Shown here: piece by piece, positions 45,233-55,627 of the stretch | How positions within the stretch are numbered: position 1 is the first letter of the stretch | How the letters are laid out: the number at the start of each line of letters is the position of its first letter | DNA from: an uncultured virus (IMG/VR IMGVR_UViG_3300028388_003769) | Taxonomy: Duplodnaviria > Heunggongvirae > Uroviricota > Caudoviricetes | Direction: 5' to 3' (one strand) | Length of the DNA stretch: 64,000 nt | Virus record (IMG/VR): IMGVR_UViG_3300028388_003769 | Position numbers and translations under genes: made by a program | The notes under the pieces: model-generated | Seen by the model: only the letters and a program-made list of their open reading frames with translations | The model's database searches: none | Told to the model about the DNA's origin: nothing

Positions 45233-46189
45233 TTAAGTCCATCTTAATAATAACTTATCGACTGCTGCTGGGGAGTATAGGTCTGTCTGGTCAACTGCTG
45301 CTGGGGAGTATAGGTCTGTCTGGTCAACTACTGCTCTTCCTTTAAGCTTTTCCCAATCACGCTCGGGTCGAACGTGTAAATTAGTTTTCCAACCTCCTCG
45401 AATAGTATTAATTGGTACTCCAAGTTTATCAGCTAAATTAATTAAAGCACTAACATCCTTTGGAAAGCAAGTTCCACCATATCCTAATTTTCCATCAGGA
45501 CCAGGTACATGCAAATGAGAATCTCCAACTCTTCCATCGGATACAAATCCATGAAGTGCTGTACGCCAGTCAACTCCTAATTTATCACCCAACATTTTAA
45601 ATTCATTCATAATGGAAACCTTTGTAGCAAAAAAAGCGTTGTTCATATATTTTATAAATTCTGCTGTGGTTGAGTCTGTGTGAATGTAGTGTCTGTTCAT
45701 AAATCGTTGTTCAAACAACTTTTTAGCTTGTTCACACTCTTCCTCCTCTCCTCCAAAAATAATCCGTGCTTGTGTCAGTGCGTCTAATTTAGCAGTTCTT
45801 TCTGTTAAAAATTCTGGAGAAAATATTATTCTTAATTTGGAATATATCTTTCGTAGCTTTTCTGTAGTGCCTGGAAGTACAGTTGATTTAATTATAAATA
45901 AAGGTTTTTCTTTTTTGCTTTTTAAAAAACAAGCATCGTTAGCTCGACTTAACACATTAGATACGTATTGTAGATTTTGTGTTCCATCTTGATTCATTGG
46001 CGTTGGTACGCATATGAATACAAAATCACACTCAGTAACCTGTTCAAAAGTGTGTGTTGATTTTAAAGGATCAATGTCAAACACTCGCACTTCACAAGTT
46101 GGTGAAAAAGCAAACACTATGCTCTCTCCTACAAATCCATTTCCTATGACTCCTACTTTATCTACATGTAAGTGTTTTGTAATATTCAT
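45233..46189 (-). CDS. UDP-glucose/GDP-mannose dehydrogenase family, lacking C-terminal domain
   Basis: GNGFVG, CVPTP, KSTV.PGT, PEFL, GYGGTCFPKD. Confidence 0.92.
   Translation of the reverse strand: MNITKHLHVDKVGVIGNGFVGESIVFAFSPTCEVRVFDIDPLKSTHTFEQVTECDFVFICVPTPMNQDGTQNLQYVSNVLSRANDACFLKSKKEKPLFIIKSTVLPGTTEKLRKIYSKLRIIFSPEFLTERTAKLDALTQARIIFGGEEEECEQAKKLFEQRFMNRHYIHTDSTTAEFIKYMNNAFFATKVSIMNEFKMLGDKLGVDWRTALHGFVSDGRVGDSHLHVPGPDGKLGYGGTCFPKDVSALINLADKLGVPINTIRGGWKTNLHVRPERDWEKLKGRAVVDQTDLYSPAAVDQTDLYSPAAVDKLLLRWT
45261..45326. repeat. perfect 33-bp in-frame tandem duplication
   Basis: actgctgctggggagtataggtctgtctggtca x2 (VDQTDLYSPAA x2). Confidence 0.95.
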
Positions 46190-46952
46190 TTTGTTGTTGT
46201 TGTCTTTTTATGCTTTTATAGTGTAATAAACAGTATGGAAATTTTTTTGGAAGTTTTGCTATTCCTGTTTTTACGGTTTGATGAATTTGTTCATGAACCT
46301 TACCTTCCCAAAAAACTTGTGGCTTGTTTCTATACAACCTCGATTGATAGTCGGGGAAGTTTATAGCAGGTAAATCGTATTTAATAGTGTCTGTATCTTC
46401 GTACGAAGATATTACTTCTAAAATAAAATTAGCATCAGAAAGAAACCGTAATGCAGGGCTATCCTGTTTAAAGCTTCCCACCTGTCTATATACCATTCGT
46501 GTACCGTCTGTATCAGGCAGTCTCATAACATTCCATCTCCATTTTTTAATATCATCCCAAGTCATTCCATATACTAAATTTATTCTAGGAATATGAACTA
46601 CATCTATATTATCAGGTATTGATTGTGTAAGAATTTCAGGAAGCTGCTCTATAAACTCAGTCTCTAACTGCTCGTCCGCATCTAACTGAAATATCCAAGG
46701 TTGTGCACAAAATTCATGACCTGAGTTTTTAAATTGTGCGAAATCATCATTAAGTTTGCTTTCTACAACTTTGTATGCACCTGAAAAATTAGCTTCCATT
46801 TGTTCAACCACTTTCATAACTTGTGAAGTTGTATTTGGTTGATCTAGTAAAACTACAACCTCATCACCACTACCTACGTTAGTAGATAGAGTACTTAACA
46901 ATCCTCTTAACTCATTGTGTTCGTTGTGTGCTGTAATTAGATAGCTAATCAT
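46158..46952 (-). CDS. GT2 glycosyltransferase
   Basis: ISYLITAHNE, WIFQLDADE, PDYQ.R, WEGKVHE. Confidence 0.9.
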   Translation of the reverse strand: MISYLITAHNEHNELRGLLSTLSTNVGSGDEVVVLLDQPNTTSQVMKVVEQMEANFSGAYKVVESKLNDDFAQFKNSGHEFCAQPWIFQLDADEQLETEFIEQLPEILTQSIPDNIDVVHIPRINLVYGMTWDDIKKWRWNVMRLPDTDGTRMVYRQVGSFKQDSPALRFLSDANFILEVISSYEDTDTIKYDLPAINFPDYQSRLYRNKPQVFWEGKVHEQIHQTVKTGIAKLPKKFPYCLLHYKSIKRQQQQNEYYKTLTCR

Positions 46953-47467
46953 TCCTCTTCGTCATTAAATTGTAATAGTTCTGGATCGTTCTTTACATAA
47001 CTCATAAAATGCTCAAATGCTAATGGAAAATCTTCTCTATTAAATACAACTGCATCTTCGAAAACTGCAAAGGTATCGTACACTGCTTCTTCATCGTAGT
47101 CGTCTCGACTCTGCAAAATTTGCTGCTGTTCAGCTATTTCCTCTTCAGTTAATTTTTGTAGCGGAATAACGTGCCAAGAAAAACTCTCAGAACCATCATC
47201 TACCGCCACTGGTATCAGAGCTGCAGACGGAGAAGACTGCATCATCGGAATCCATATAAAACCATCACCAGGTTTTATAGTGTTGCTTTGAACTACTTGA
47301 GGAACTTTTCCTTTTAACTGTTCAACTGTTTGAGAATCTTCTTTAAGAAATGAATTAGTAGTATATCCTGAATCCATACATAATTTGCTTATTAGTCCTG
47401 TAGCAGGATCTCTATCTACAATCACAGCTTTGGGATTTTTTGATATAGGAGATGTTTCGTTCATCAT
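46949..47467 (-). CDS. hypothetical protein
   Basis: 172 aa ORF in operon. Confidence 0.7.
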   Translation of the reverse strand: MMNETSPISKNPKAVIVDRDPATGLISKLCMDSGYTTNSFLKEDSQTVEQLKGKVPQVVQSNTIKPGDGFIWIPMMQSSPSAALIPVAVDDGSESFSWHVIPLQKLTEEEIAEQQQILQSRDDYDEEAVYDTFAVFEDAVVFNREDFPLAFEHFMSYVKNDPELLQFNDEEE

Positions 47468-48885
47468 TGTTTTTTAAGTTTAGGTAGTTTTATTGATTTA
47501 ATTCCTTTTGTAGATGGAATTGACTGTCCTCCAAGAGTTAGTGACTTGTCTTGCTGCTTTTTATGTAATTTAGGTAACTTTAATTTAGGTAACTTCGGTG
47601 CTTCAGGCTCTTTTATTTTGATAGTATCTAATATGTCTAAGAATTCCTGTTGCATTTTAGATAGTGTGAATCTTTTCCTAATGTAAGTTTTTTGCTTTTT
47701 ACTAGCTTTGAGAAACTTACTATAGTTAGAGTGTATATTTCTCAGTGCTTTTTTTGCAAATTCATAGTCTACTGTAAACCACTTTGCTTCTTTCATAAAC
47801 CAATCATTAACTACCGACTCATGCACTGGAGTCAGTTCTCCTTGTAGTAGGGTCGTGTACGTTGGATCTAAGAAATCTACCTGTCCTGACCACGCTGAAG
47901 CTACTATAGGTTTTCCTGTTGTTCCAAACTCTAATAAAGGTCTTCCAAACCCCTCACCTTTTGTAAAAGAAACCATAGCTTTTACTTTGTTATGGTTATA
48001 AACGCTATTTAGCTGATCTTGGGTCAGTTGACCGTGTATAACGTATACAGAAGGAAGGTTGTTTATGTCGGTAATTTGTTTATCCTTTCTTGCTATGCTG
48101 TGTGCTATTTGTAAGACTCTTGAGTGTATTTGATGCTCGTCTAAGTAGCTAAAGTTTGCTCCACTTGTCTTTAGTATAAGAGCGGGTTGATTCTTTTTCG
48201 ATTTATTTTTAAAACTCTCGTAAAAGGTTTTTATTAGCATTCCAACATCTTTACGGTCTTGCCCTAACTCTCCTTGTAGCCAATGACCTACAAATAAAAA
48301 ACAAAAATCTTCATCAATACTGTCTAAGCGGTTCTTTATTGTTGCATCTAACGTCTTTGTTGTATTGAATACGTTTTCATCGTATCCTTCAAACAAAACA
48401 CGTAGATCGAGATCAGATCGCAACTTCACCTTACCTACAGGTTGATTTGTTTTTTTATCACGTTGTGTATACTCTGTCAGCTTTAATACGTCTAAAGAGT
48501 GGTTGCTGGATCCTATAACCATGTCCATTTTGTTAGCACCAGCAATCCATTCAGGCTTACATAGGTTGGTTTCAATTCCTGCTGTAATGCCTATGTTGAA
48601 TTTGCCAACAGGCATGAATTCGTTTGGAATAGTTATTTGTATAAAAATATCAGGTTGTTCTTTGTTAAGATCGTCAACAGTATCAACAACACACTCTGCT
48701 ATGGCTTTACCCTCTTTAGTAGAGGTATCTAAGCCTGTCCAAGCAGTCTCTCCCCAATTTGTTGGATGTATCTGTAGGTCGTACTTTCCAGATTTAATTA
48801 TTGCATAAGCTAAATCTCGTGAATGGTCTCCATATCCCGATCTCGTCTTTACGGGAGCAGACATTAGTATTGTCTTTTTACTCAT
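47464..48885 (-). CDS. GT-B (GT4-like) glycosyltransferase
   Basis: SGYG, DRK, GEGFGRPLLE, WSG..DF. Confidence 0.9.
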   Translation of the reverse strand: MSKKTILMSAPVKTRSGYGDHSRDLAYAIIKSGKYDLQIHPTNWGETAWTGLDTSTKEGKAIAECVVDTVDDLNKEQPDIFIQITIPNEFMPVGKFNIGITAGIETNLCKPEWIAGANKMDMVIGSSNHSLDVLKLTEYTQRDKKTNQPVGKVKLRSDLDLRVLFEGYDENVFNTTKTLDATIKNRLDSIDEDFCFLFVGHWLQGELGQDRKDVGMLIKTFYESFKNKSKKNQPALILKTSGANFSYLDEHQIHSRVLQIAHSIARKDKQITDINNLPSVYVIHGQLTQDQLNSVYNHNKVKAMVSFTKGEGFGRPLLEFGTTGKPIVASAWSGQVDFLDPTYTTLLQGELTPVHESVVNDWFMKEAKWFTVDYEFAKKALRNIHSNYSKFLKASKKQKTYIRKRFTLSKMQQEFLDILDTIKIKEPEAPKLPKLKLPKLHKKQQDKSLTLGGQSIPSTKGIKSIKLPKLKKQ

Positions 48886-48906
48886 ATTATTTTATATGTT
48901 TTTGCT

Positions 48907-49821
48907 TTACCAAGTAATACCATCATGTACTACTTTAGTTGGTTCTGTAACTTTTTTAAATGAAAACGGCTTTCTAGGCTTCCACACTTTTAATGTGTAC
49001 TTGATATGCTTTTTAAAACGATTACCCATTTCTTTAGCACTCATTCCACACTCCTCACTTAATAACCACTCACGACCTTTATTTCCCAGCTCTTTTCGCT
49101 CTTCTCGAGTCATGTCGTACCAGTATCGCAAAGCACTTGCTACATCGTTAAAATCACACCTATCATCAAAAATGTACGGTGTTGGAATTGAACCTTGTAG
49201 AGATCTGTTTGTAGGATAGACCGGTTTAACCCAAGGTCCGTGCTTTCTATACTTTCCTACATGATTAGAACTAAACTCAGTACTAAAGTCTATCCATCTG
49301 CCTTGCTCATCTTCGAAGCGACACTGATCCTGTAATCCTCCAGTTACGTTGTTTATTATAGGAGTACCTGCCATTAAAGACTCAGCTCCAGATAATCCAA
49401 AACCCTCATTACTTGCGATATTCACCGTAACGTCTGCTAAATTATATAGCATGTTTAAATTCTTAACAGATTGCTTGTTTGTTGAAAAATCGATATCATA
49501 ATCTGGACACACAGCATCTTTTACGGCCTTTAGGTCAGTTCCATTAGGATCTTTTATTGCTGTATGCATAATCAACGTAACTTTAGCTGCTTGCTTTTTT
49601 GATAATGAATCACAAAACTTACGATAAGCTAAAATTAAATCGCCTGCTTGTTTTCTTCTAATGTTTCTATTATTCCAAAAAATAATAAAATCTCTTTGCT
49701 TATGGTTGTTGTAGGATGTTTTAAAGTTTGAATACTCTTTATCCTCTTTTTCATCTATAGGATAGAAGTACTTTGACGGTATCCCATGAGGAACATAAGC
49801 TGTATAAACTGGTCTACTCAT
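48907..49821 (-). CDS. GT4-like glycosyltransferase, C-terminal part
   Basis: YVPHG, RNIRRK, NEGFGLSGAE, TGGLQD. Confidence 0.88.
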   Translation of the reverse strand: MSRPVYTAYVPHGIPSKYFYPIDEKEDKEYSNFKTSYNNHKQRDFIIFWNNRNIRRKQAGDLILAYRKFCDSLSKKQAAKVTLIMHTAIKDPNGTDLKAVKDAVCPDYDIDFSTNKQSVKNLNMLYNLADVTVNIASNEGFGLSGAESLMAGTPIINNVTGGLQDQCRFEDEQGRWIDFSTEFSSNHVGKYRKHGPWVKPVYPTNRSLQGSIPTPYIFDDRCDFNDVASALRYWYDMTREERKELGNKGREWLLSEECGMSAKEMGNRFKKHIKYTLKVWKPRKPFSFKKVTEPTKVVHDGITW

Positions 49822-50386
49822 TTGAATCGTTTGTTGTTAAATCAAAAATTTCTAAATCTGGATTAGCTGATAAAACGTTTTTATGGATATTATGAGATTG
49901 TTTAGATATTCCCATAATTAAATCACAAGATGAATAAAATAACTTATTATAATAAGGATAAGGAGTGTCGTCCCAAATAGCATAATATATTATAGGACAT
50001 GTTTGTCTAATCTCATGTTCCATCTGATACAGCCAAATCCAAAATCTAGGATCTGTAAAGTGCACAATTCCATCAGGATTTAAATGTTTTATTAAACTTC
50101 TCAATACTCGTGGGTTACCATACCCATTCCAAGGCATAACTTTTACATTTGCATTGTTAATCCCTACCTCTTTATTTATGTCCTCTGAAAGATCAAACAT
50201 CTTACCAACATCAGGATGTTCTAAACCTGCTCCTAATTGAAACCAATTAAAAACATCAGAAGTGTTAACTACGATTTCTCTACTCATAGTTCCTATACCA
50301 GAAGTCATTCTCATGTCATCGGATAGTAAAAGTAGAAGTGGTTTTTCTGGATCGTAGATCTCCAGATCAGGTAACTTTAAACTCAT
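49814..50386 (-). CDS. GT4-like glycosyltransferase, N-terminal part
   Basis: LLLSDD.R.TSG.G, FTDPRFW, IWDD. Confidence 0.8.
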   Translation of the reverse strand: MSLKLPDLEIYDPEKPLLLLLSDDMRMTSGIGTMSREIVVNTSDVFNWFQLGAGLEHPDVGKMFDLSEDINKEVGINNANVKVMPWNGYGNPRVLRSLIKHLNPDGIVHFTDPRFWIWLYQMEHEIRQTCPIIYYAIWDDTPYPYYNKLFYSSCDLIMGISKQSHNIHKNVLSANPDLEIFDLTTNDSNE

Positions 50387-50433
50387 AAATAACTTTTATT
50401 TTATACACATATAAATATAATTTCTTTATCAAA

Positions 50434-50901
50434 TTATTTTACTATGATGTAATTGTTTTTGTTTTTTGTTTTCTTTAAGTGTTCTATTGCTGCTTGTATA
50501 AATGTGTCTTTTTTATAACGATCTTTAAATACAAATACCTTATCAGCTTCGTCTATAAGTTTTAAATATCTAGTTATATAGTTCTTTGGATTGTACTTTT
50601 TATTATATCGAAATTTAGGAAGAGCACAGTAGCTGTCGTATTGTTCGTGTACGGGTTTATATTCTCTATAATCGAAACCCATAGCAATTGCTAAATTCCT
50701 TATAACCTTATCAGCACCATATGCATTTCCTGCTCCTAGCACCAATACGTGGTTTGGTAATTGATTAAGCTTAATAAACACATTACGAATTGCAGTGTTG
50801 TTTTGATAGGATATGCTAGATATCATACCAACTTTGATAGTGTCTATCTTTAAACTATTATTGTGCTTTTTTAGTGTTGATTTAATCTGTCTAAAATCCA
50901 T
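50434..50901 (-). CDS. hypothetical protein (SLOG/YspA-like pattern)
   Basis: GAG...GAD.....A.....Y.E motif. Confidence 0.55.
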   Translation of the reverse strand: MDFRQIKSTLKKHNNSLKIDTIKVGMISSISYQNNTAIRNVFIKLNQLPNHVLVLGAGNAYGADKVIRNLAIAMGFDYREYKPVHEQYDSYCALPKFRYNKKYNPKNYITRYLKLIDEADKVFVFKDRYKKDTFIQAAIEHLKKTKNKNNYIIVK

Positions 50902-50903
50902 AA

Positions 50904-51890
50904 TTAAAACATTTTACTAATAGGTTTAAACTGTACTAATCTTTTCTGTGTAGGACAAAGCTCTGATTCTGCAAACTCACAAAATGTACAATTCCGTTGA
51001 CGATCACCGGTTATAGCTGGATACTCGAACGCTTTGTTATACTGATCAGAGTTGTGTTTAAAAACACTATCTATAAAATAATTAAACCTTTTAGTAGTTT
51101 TATTTACTGTGACTTTTTTTTGACTTGGGATAAATTCCTGAATACGTTTTTGTGGAAAATCAACATCCTCATGCAGCTCTCTCTTAACAATAAAAAAATC
51201 TACTTTAATTTGATCAATAGGAACTTCGTAGTGTTTACTAAAGTAATGTTTATATAGTATTAGCTGATCCCGGGCGATATGATCTTTCTTTTTATACTTA
51301 TTCCAACCCTTTGTTGATGTTTTTATATCTACTAAACGAATAGTGTCTGTACTCTTCTCATGTAAAACCAAATCAACATATCCAGTAAAATTTACATACG
51401 GATTAGTATCAGTTTGAATATTTATGGGAATTTCAATTCCCAATAACTCAACTTTCTTAGTTGTAAAATACAGACTCCTTTTTCGTTTAAAGTATTTGAG
51501 AATAGCACATCCTTGACGCCAGAACCCAGCTAACTCAGCTGCAGTTGAAAAGTGTTCACCATTTGCAGTTTTAACTTGTTTCGAGTACTGCTTGTACATG
51601 TTTTGTTGCAGTAGTAGTTCAAGATCTAATTGGTCAGCTTGTTTAACAGTCTTGTTGTAACACGTATCTAAAAACTCTTGAATGGTTTCATGCATTGCTG
51701 TTCCAAACACGAGATGTATTGTACTCTCAAAGGTTGACTGTTTATCAATATAACTCAGCTTCCACAGATGAGGACACTTTATAAATTTAGAGTACTGAAG
51801 GTATGAAACTTTTTTAGGTTTTTCAAAATAGTTTATCCGCTTTCCAGTGTTCTGCTTTATTTTTTTTGTTATACGTTTAGTTAGTTTCAT
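50904..51890 (-). CDS. PD-(D/E)XK (RecB-like) nuclease
   Basis: SY.Q.....CP, FGTAMHE, E, GYVDL, DIKTS, QL.LY, C..C......C. Confidence 0.9.
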   Translation of the reverse strand: MKLTKRITKKIKQNTGKRINYFEKPKKVSYLQYSKFIKCPHLWKLSYIDKQSTFESTIHLVFGTAMHETIQEFLDTCYNKTVKQADQLDLELLLQQNMYKQYSKQVKTANGEHFSTAAELAGFWRQGCAILKYFKRKRSLYFTTKKVELLGIEIPINIQTDTNPYVNFTGYVDLVLHEKSTDTIRLVDIKTSTKGWNKYKKKDHIARDQLILYKHYFSKHYEVPIDQIKVDFFIVKRELHEDVDFPQKRIQEFIPSQKKVTVNKTTKRFNYFIDSVFKHNSDQYNKAFEYPAITGDRQRNCTFCEFAESELCPTQKRLVQFKPISKMF

Positions 51891-52176
51891 CTGATAAAAA
51901 CTCTTGTTTTAAAGGTTCTGGAAGCTCTTCTAATAGGACTTCACCACAAGAGTCGCAGACAAACAGCTGTATAGGAACCAACTGATCAGCAGAAGCGCCT
52001 GTTAGTAATTTGCTAATTTTTTTTAACATAAACGTAGGTCTAAAAAAAGCACCACTACACGACGTACACTTTACTGTAGGTTGGGCTGTTATGTCTATGT
52101 TTAGTTGTTGTGAGCTTGGAGGAGGCGTATTGTTATTACTTTGACCTCCTAAGCCTATGATTTTTCCTTTACTCAT
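51877..52176 (-). CDS. zinc-ribbon protein
   Basis: CTSC...CDSCG. Confidence 0.75.
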   Translation of the reverse strand: MSKGKIIGLGGQSNNNTPPPSSQQLNIDITAQPTVKCTSCSGAFFRPTFMLKKISKLLTGASADQLVPIQLFVCDSCGEVLLEELPEPLKQEFLSDETN

Positions 52177-52198
52177 TGTTGTATGATTTATTAATTAA

Positions 52199-54529
52199 TT
52201 AATGTCCGTCTCTTAAATTAGTTGCTATTTCTGGAGGAGCTTTTAATGTTACTCCTGGCAACTGCGTAGTTGTCTCCATTAAGTGCTGCACAATAGGAGC
52301 TGTTTCAGTTAAGTGCTCCTGTAAACACTCTACTACAAGTTGATCGTGTATTTGTGCTACTACTAATGCATCTAATCCTTGTTGTTTCAATTTACGATTG
52401 ATCTGTAATGCTGCTCTATTAACTACAGAAGCAGCTAGTGATTGTATTTGAAAATTCAAACAAGAATTTAATGCATTACGGTAATCCCTATAATACTGCA
52501 TGGTTTGTTTTTTTCCAATAGATTTTTGTAGTTTAGACCGAAATCTATAATCCATTAACCTATCACCATAAGTGTCGTATGCTGCCTTTCCTCTATCCAG
52601 GTGACGTACTCGACCAACTTTATTTACTATCTTTCCTTTATACTTAAAATAATCTCTCGAACTCTCAATCCAATCTGCAACACCAGGAAAACCCTCAAGA
52701 TAAGCATCTCTCAACCTCTCTCCTCGCTTTGGTGAAATACCAAGAGTCATAGCTAATGCATATCCTGACATGCCGTAAGCAATGCCTAGTGAGTAGGGTT
52801 TTGCTTTATTTCTTAAAGGAGCATTAATTTTTTTAAGATAATTATCTGCTTTCTTATCTGCAGAAACTCCTTTTAGTTTTTCAGTTCGAATAGCAACTGT
52901 ACTGTAAAAGTCATGACCTTTATTGAAGATTTCTTGTAGGTTTTCATCACCAGTTATGGATGCAAATATATGAGGTTCCAAACTCTCATAATCAGCATCA
53001 ATAAACTTATAACCATCCCTTGCTATAAAAAAAGCCCGAATTAAATTATTGTACTCGATAACTAGTGGATCATCTTCCCCTTCCTCTTTAGGTTTTGGTA
53101 GTTGCTGTAAGTTACTTCCATATCTTCCAGATACTGTTCCGTGTTGTTTGAAGTATGGATAAAATATACCGTTTTCATGCTCTCTTAATAACCTGTCTAT
53201 ATATGTAGATTTAATCTTAACCAGTCTATTATGAATTCTTAACTTTCTAGCCCACTCATAGGACTCACTAAGCTTTTCAACAAGATCGTCATCAAACCTA
53301 GGACTTCCTTTTTTAGTTTTGGATAGAGGTTTAATATTCATATACTTAAACGCTACATCTCGTAATTGTGATTTAGATTTTATGTTAATGGTATATCCGT
53401 TATTTTTTTCCTTCCACTGTTCTATAGATACCATTACTAAATCCAAATCTTTCATTCCATGATCAGAATTAGGATCTAATAAAAACTGTTTCATAGGAGA
53501 ATCAGGAAGTTTTAACACATTTTTCTTTACTATGTGGTAATCTCCACTTTCCTTCTTAGGAATAGGAAGATTATACATCTTTACAAAAAGTTGAGCAAAC
53601 CTACCCCTATTTGAAGGTGTGCATTCAGATCCAAATGCAGTATCAACTAGCCAATTTGTAAACGACTCTAACTCTTCTAACGCTTCAACAACCTCATCTT
53701 TCAACCGCTTCATATCTTGTATAATCCACTCATTAGTGCCTTGTAGTAAGTCCAAATCCACTTTTAAGCCTCTACGTTCCATTGGAACAGTTACTTCCTT
53801 ATACACAGGCATAACCTCCTCTTCAAAGAAAAATTTATCCAATCTCTCCTCAGCAATTTTACCAACATATAGTTTAGCAATTCTATAAGTTAAATCTGTA
53901 TCTGCACATGCATATTCACTAAGTATATCTAAATCGGCCTTAAAAATCTCAAAATTACTTTTTGTGGTAGATCCACCATTACGCTTTACACTTTCATACA
54001 GTTGTACTTGCTCTTCGTTAGCTTGTCTATCTACATCTAAACCCAACTCTTCTTGACACATTTTAGCAATGGATTTTAATGCAAAAGGCTTTCCATACAT
54101 AAAAGCACCTTCTTCCTGTACAGTGTGAACTGCTAAGGTTGTTTCAATCCACAAATCAGGTAACAAATCAATTCCATAATTAGAAAGCACTATTCCTGTA
54201 TCAAACGAAGCATTGTGCATTACTAGCTTCTTTCCTTTTAAAAGAGTTAACACTCTAGAAAGAACCGATTCACCAGAAAGCTTTTGATCATTTATGTTAA
54301 TATAAAAAGGCTGTAATTTTTTAGCATTTGCATTATACACGTACGTTGGAATGTAGTATCCTGTTCCCTGTTTGGTAGTAAACGAGGCACCTATAATCTT
54401 ATCTTTTCTAGGAGACAGTCCTGTAGTTTCTGTATCAAATGCAACTACTTCACTCTCTACCAACTCCTTTACTAGTCTCCACACTTGTGTTCCATTACAA
54501 ACTTTTACGTATTGTTTATTGTTCGCCAT
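52199..54529 (-). CDS. polA: family A DNA polymerase with 3'-5' exonuclease
   Basis: DTETTG, HNASFD, YACAD; DYESLE (motif A), RNKAK...LGIAYG (motif B), QIHD (motif C). Confidence 0.95.
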   Translation of the reverse strand: MANNKQYVKVCNGTQVWRLVKELVESEVVAFDTETTGLSPRKDKIIGASFTTKQGTGYYIPTYVYNANAKKLQPFYININDQKLSGESVLSRVLTLLKGKKLVMHNASFDTGIVLSNYGIDLLPDLWIETTLAVHTVQEEGAFMYGKPFALKSIAKMCQEELGLDVDRQANEEQVQLYESVKRNGGSTTKSNFEIFKADLDILSEYACADTDLTYRIAKLYVGKIAEERLDKFFFEEEVMPVYKEVTVPMERRGLKVDLDLLQGTNEWIIQDMKRLKDEVVEALEELESFTNWLVDTAFGSECTPSNRGRFAQLFVKMYNLPIPKKESGDYHIVKKNVLKLPDSPMKQFLLDPNSDHGMKDLDLVMVSIEQWKEKNNGYTINIKSKSQLRDVAFKYMNIKPLSKTKKGSPRFDDDLVEKLSESYEWARKLRIHNRLVKIKSTYIDRLLREHENGIFYPYFKQHGTVSGRYGSNLQQLPKPKEEGEDDPLVIEYNNLIRAFFIARDGYKFIDADYESLEPHIFASITGDENLQEIFNKGHDFYSTVAIRTEKLKGVSADKKADNYLKKINAPLRNKAKPYSLGIAYGMSGYALAMTLGISPKRGERLRDAYLEGFPGVADWIESSRDYFKYKGKIVNKVGRVRHLDRGKAAYDTYGDRLMDYRFRSKLQKSIGKKQTMQYYRDYRNALNSCLNFQIQSLAASVVNRAALQINRKLKQQGLDALVVAQIHDQLVVECLQEHLTETAPIVQHLMETTTQLPGVTLKAPPEIATNLRDGH

Positions 54530-54929
54530 ATAAATCTAACTTTAAATCACTTTGAGTTTGTGTTGTAGATTTAGTTAATTGTTCCTCCTTAATGTTGAGT
54601 CTGTTGTATATTTCATCTTGTGTAAAAGCATATAGTGTGCTTTGTTTTGGATCAACAACATATACCTTAGGTGTGTGTTTGTTTGTTACTGCATAAGCAT
54701 TCATTACCAGTGTTAAAGACTTGTGTATAGCTACACTACTTCTTGCAAGTGCTATATCATTTGTAAGTGTTTCTGAAGTTTTTTTTACAGTCTCATAAAA
54801 TCCTAAATCACCTACAGTCTTCCAAAACACTGTTCTTGTAACATCGTTCATCGAATCAATCATATCATCTACCAATACCCACCTATCTCCTGGTGGTACC
54901 CTAACTGCTATAAGATGGTCTTTAATCAT
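54516..54929 (-). CDS. hypothetical protein
   Basis: A.RVPPGDRW; operonic overlap. Confidence 0.65.
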   Translation of the reverse strand: MIKDHLIAVRVPPGDRWVLVDDMIDSMNDVTRTVFWKTVGDLGFYETVKKTSETLTNDIALARSSVAIHKSLTLVMNAYAVTNKHTPKVYVVDPKQSTLYAFTQDEIYNRLNIKEEQLTKSTTQTQSDLKLDLYGEQ

Positions 54930-55122
54930 TGTACTGTAGGTTTTTAGGAACGATTTGTTCGTACGCTTTTTGAATTGATTCGACTACTGAAAGATAGATG
55001 TTTTGTTTTCTTAGTTCCACGCTTAGGTCAAGAACCTGTTGTCTCACTTTTAAGTACTCAGCAGACATGAGAAGCTCTTCAACAACATCACATCCTACTG
55101 CATCAGAAGGTCTATTTGTCAT
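54922..55122 (-). CDS. hypothetical protein
   Basis: 66 aa, coupled to neighbours. Confidence 0.6.
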   Translation of the reverse strand: MTNRPSDAVGCDVVEELLMSAEYLKVRQQVLDLSVELRKQNIYLSVVESIQKAYEQIVPKNLQYND

Positions 55123-55589
55123 AGTTGATCTTTATGAATTTCTTGTAAATGTAAATATAAAACAGGATTACGAGTTTTACACTGTCTAACGTAGTGAAAG
55201 TATAGATCATACACACTTCCATCAAAACTGTCAAACTCATCCCATAAATCAAATTTAAAATAACTACGAAAGTCCTCTCTTAAAGCTCGTAGCTGTTTGT
55301 ATTCCTTTTCAAACAACTCTTGCTTTAGTTTACGAATTCTAACGTTTTTCATCTTTGTCGCATCTCGTACGTCAGTATAGTAGTGTACGTGTTCCTTTTT
55401 AGGAATCCCACTAAGTATGTGGTGCGTTATGTCCTGTATTTCTTGATACAGTTCATCAATTCTGTCTTGTATGTATTGTGGATAGTCATAATCTCCATGC
55501 TGAACCTTCTCTAACAATCCAGCATACTTAGATAAAGGTCTGTGCTTCTTGACCCCTTTCATCCACCATCTATATTTGTTATATCCCAT
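55119..55589 (-). CDS. hypothetical protein
   Basis: 156 aa ORF. Confidence 0.7.
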   Translation of the reverse strand: MGYNKYRWWMKGVKKHRPLSKYAGLLEKVQHGDYDYPQYIQDRIDELYQEIQDITHHILSGIPKKEHVHYYTDVRDATKMKNVRIRKLKQELFEKEYKQLRALREDFRSYFKFDLWDEFDSFDGSVYDLYFHYVRQCKTRNPVLYLHLQEIHKDQL

Positions 55590-55627
55590 GTGTGAAATAT
55601 AACTCTTTTTTATAGATTTAGCAACTT

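Noticed and set aside
50904..51890. Cas4 as part of a CRISPR system
   Set aside because: No array or other cas genes; replication context fits a phage RecB-like exonuclease.
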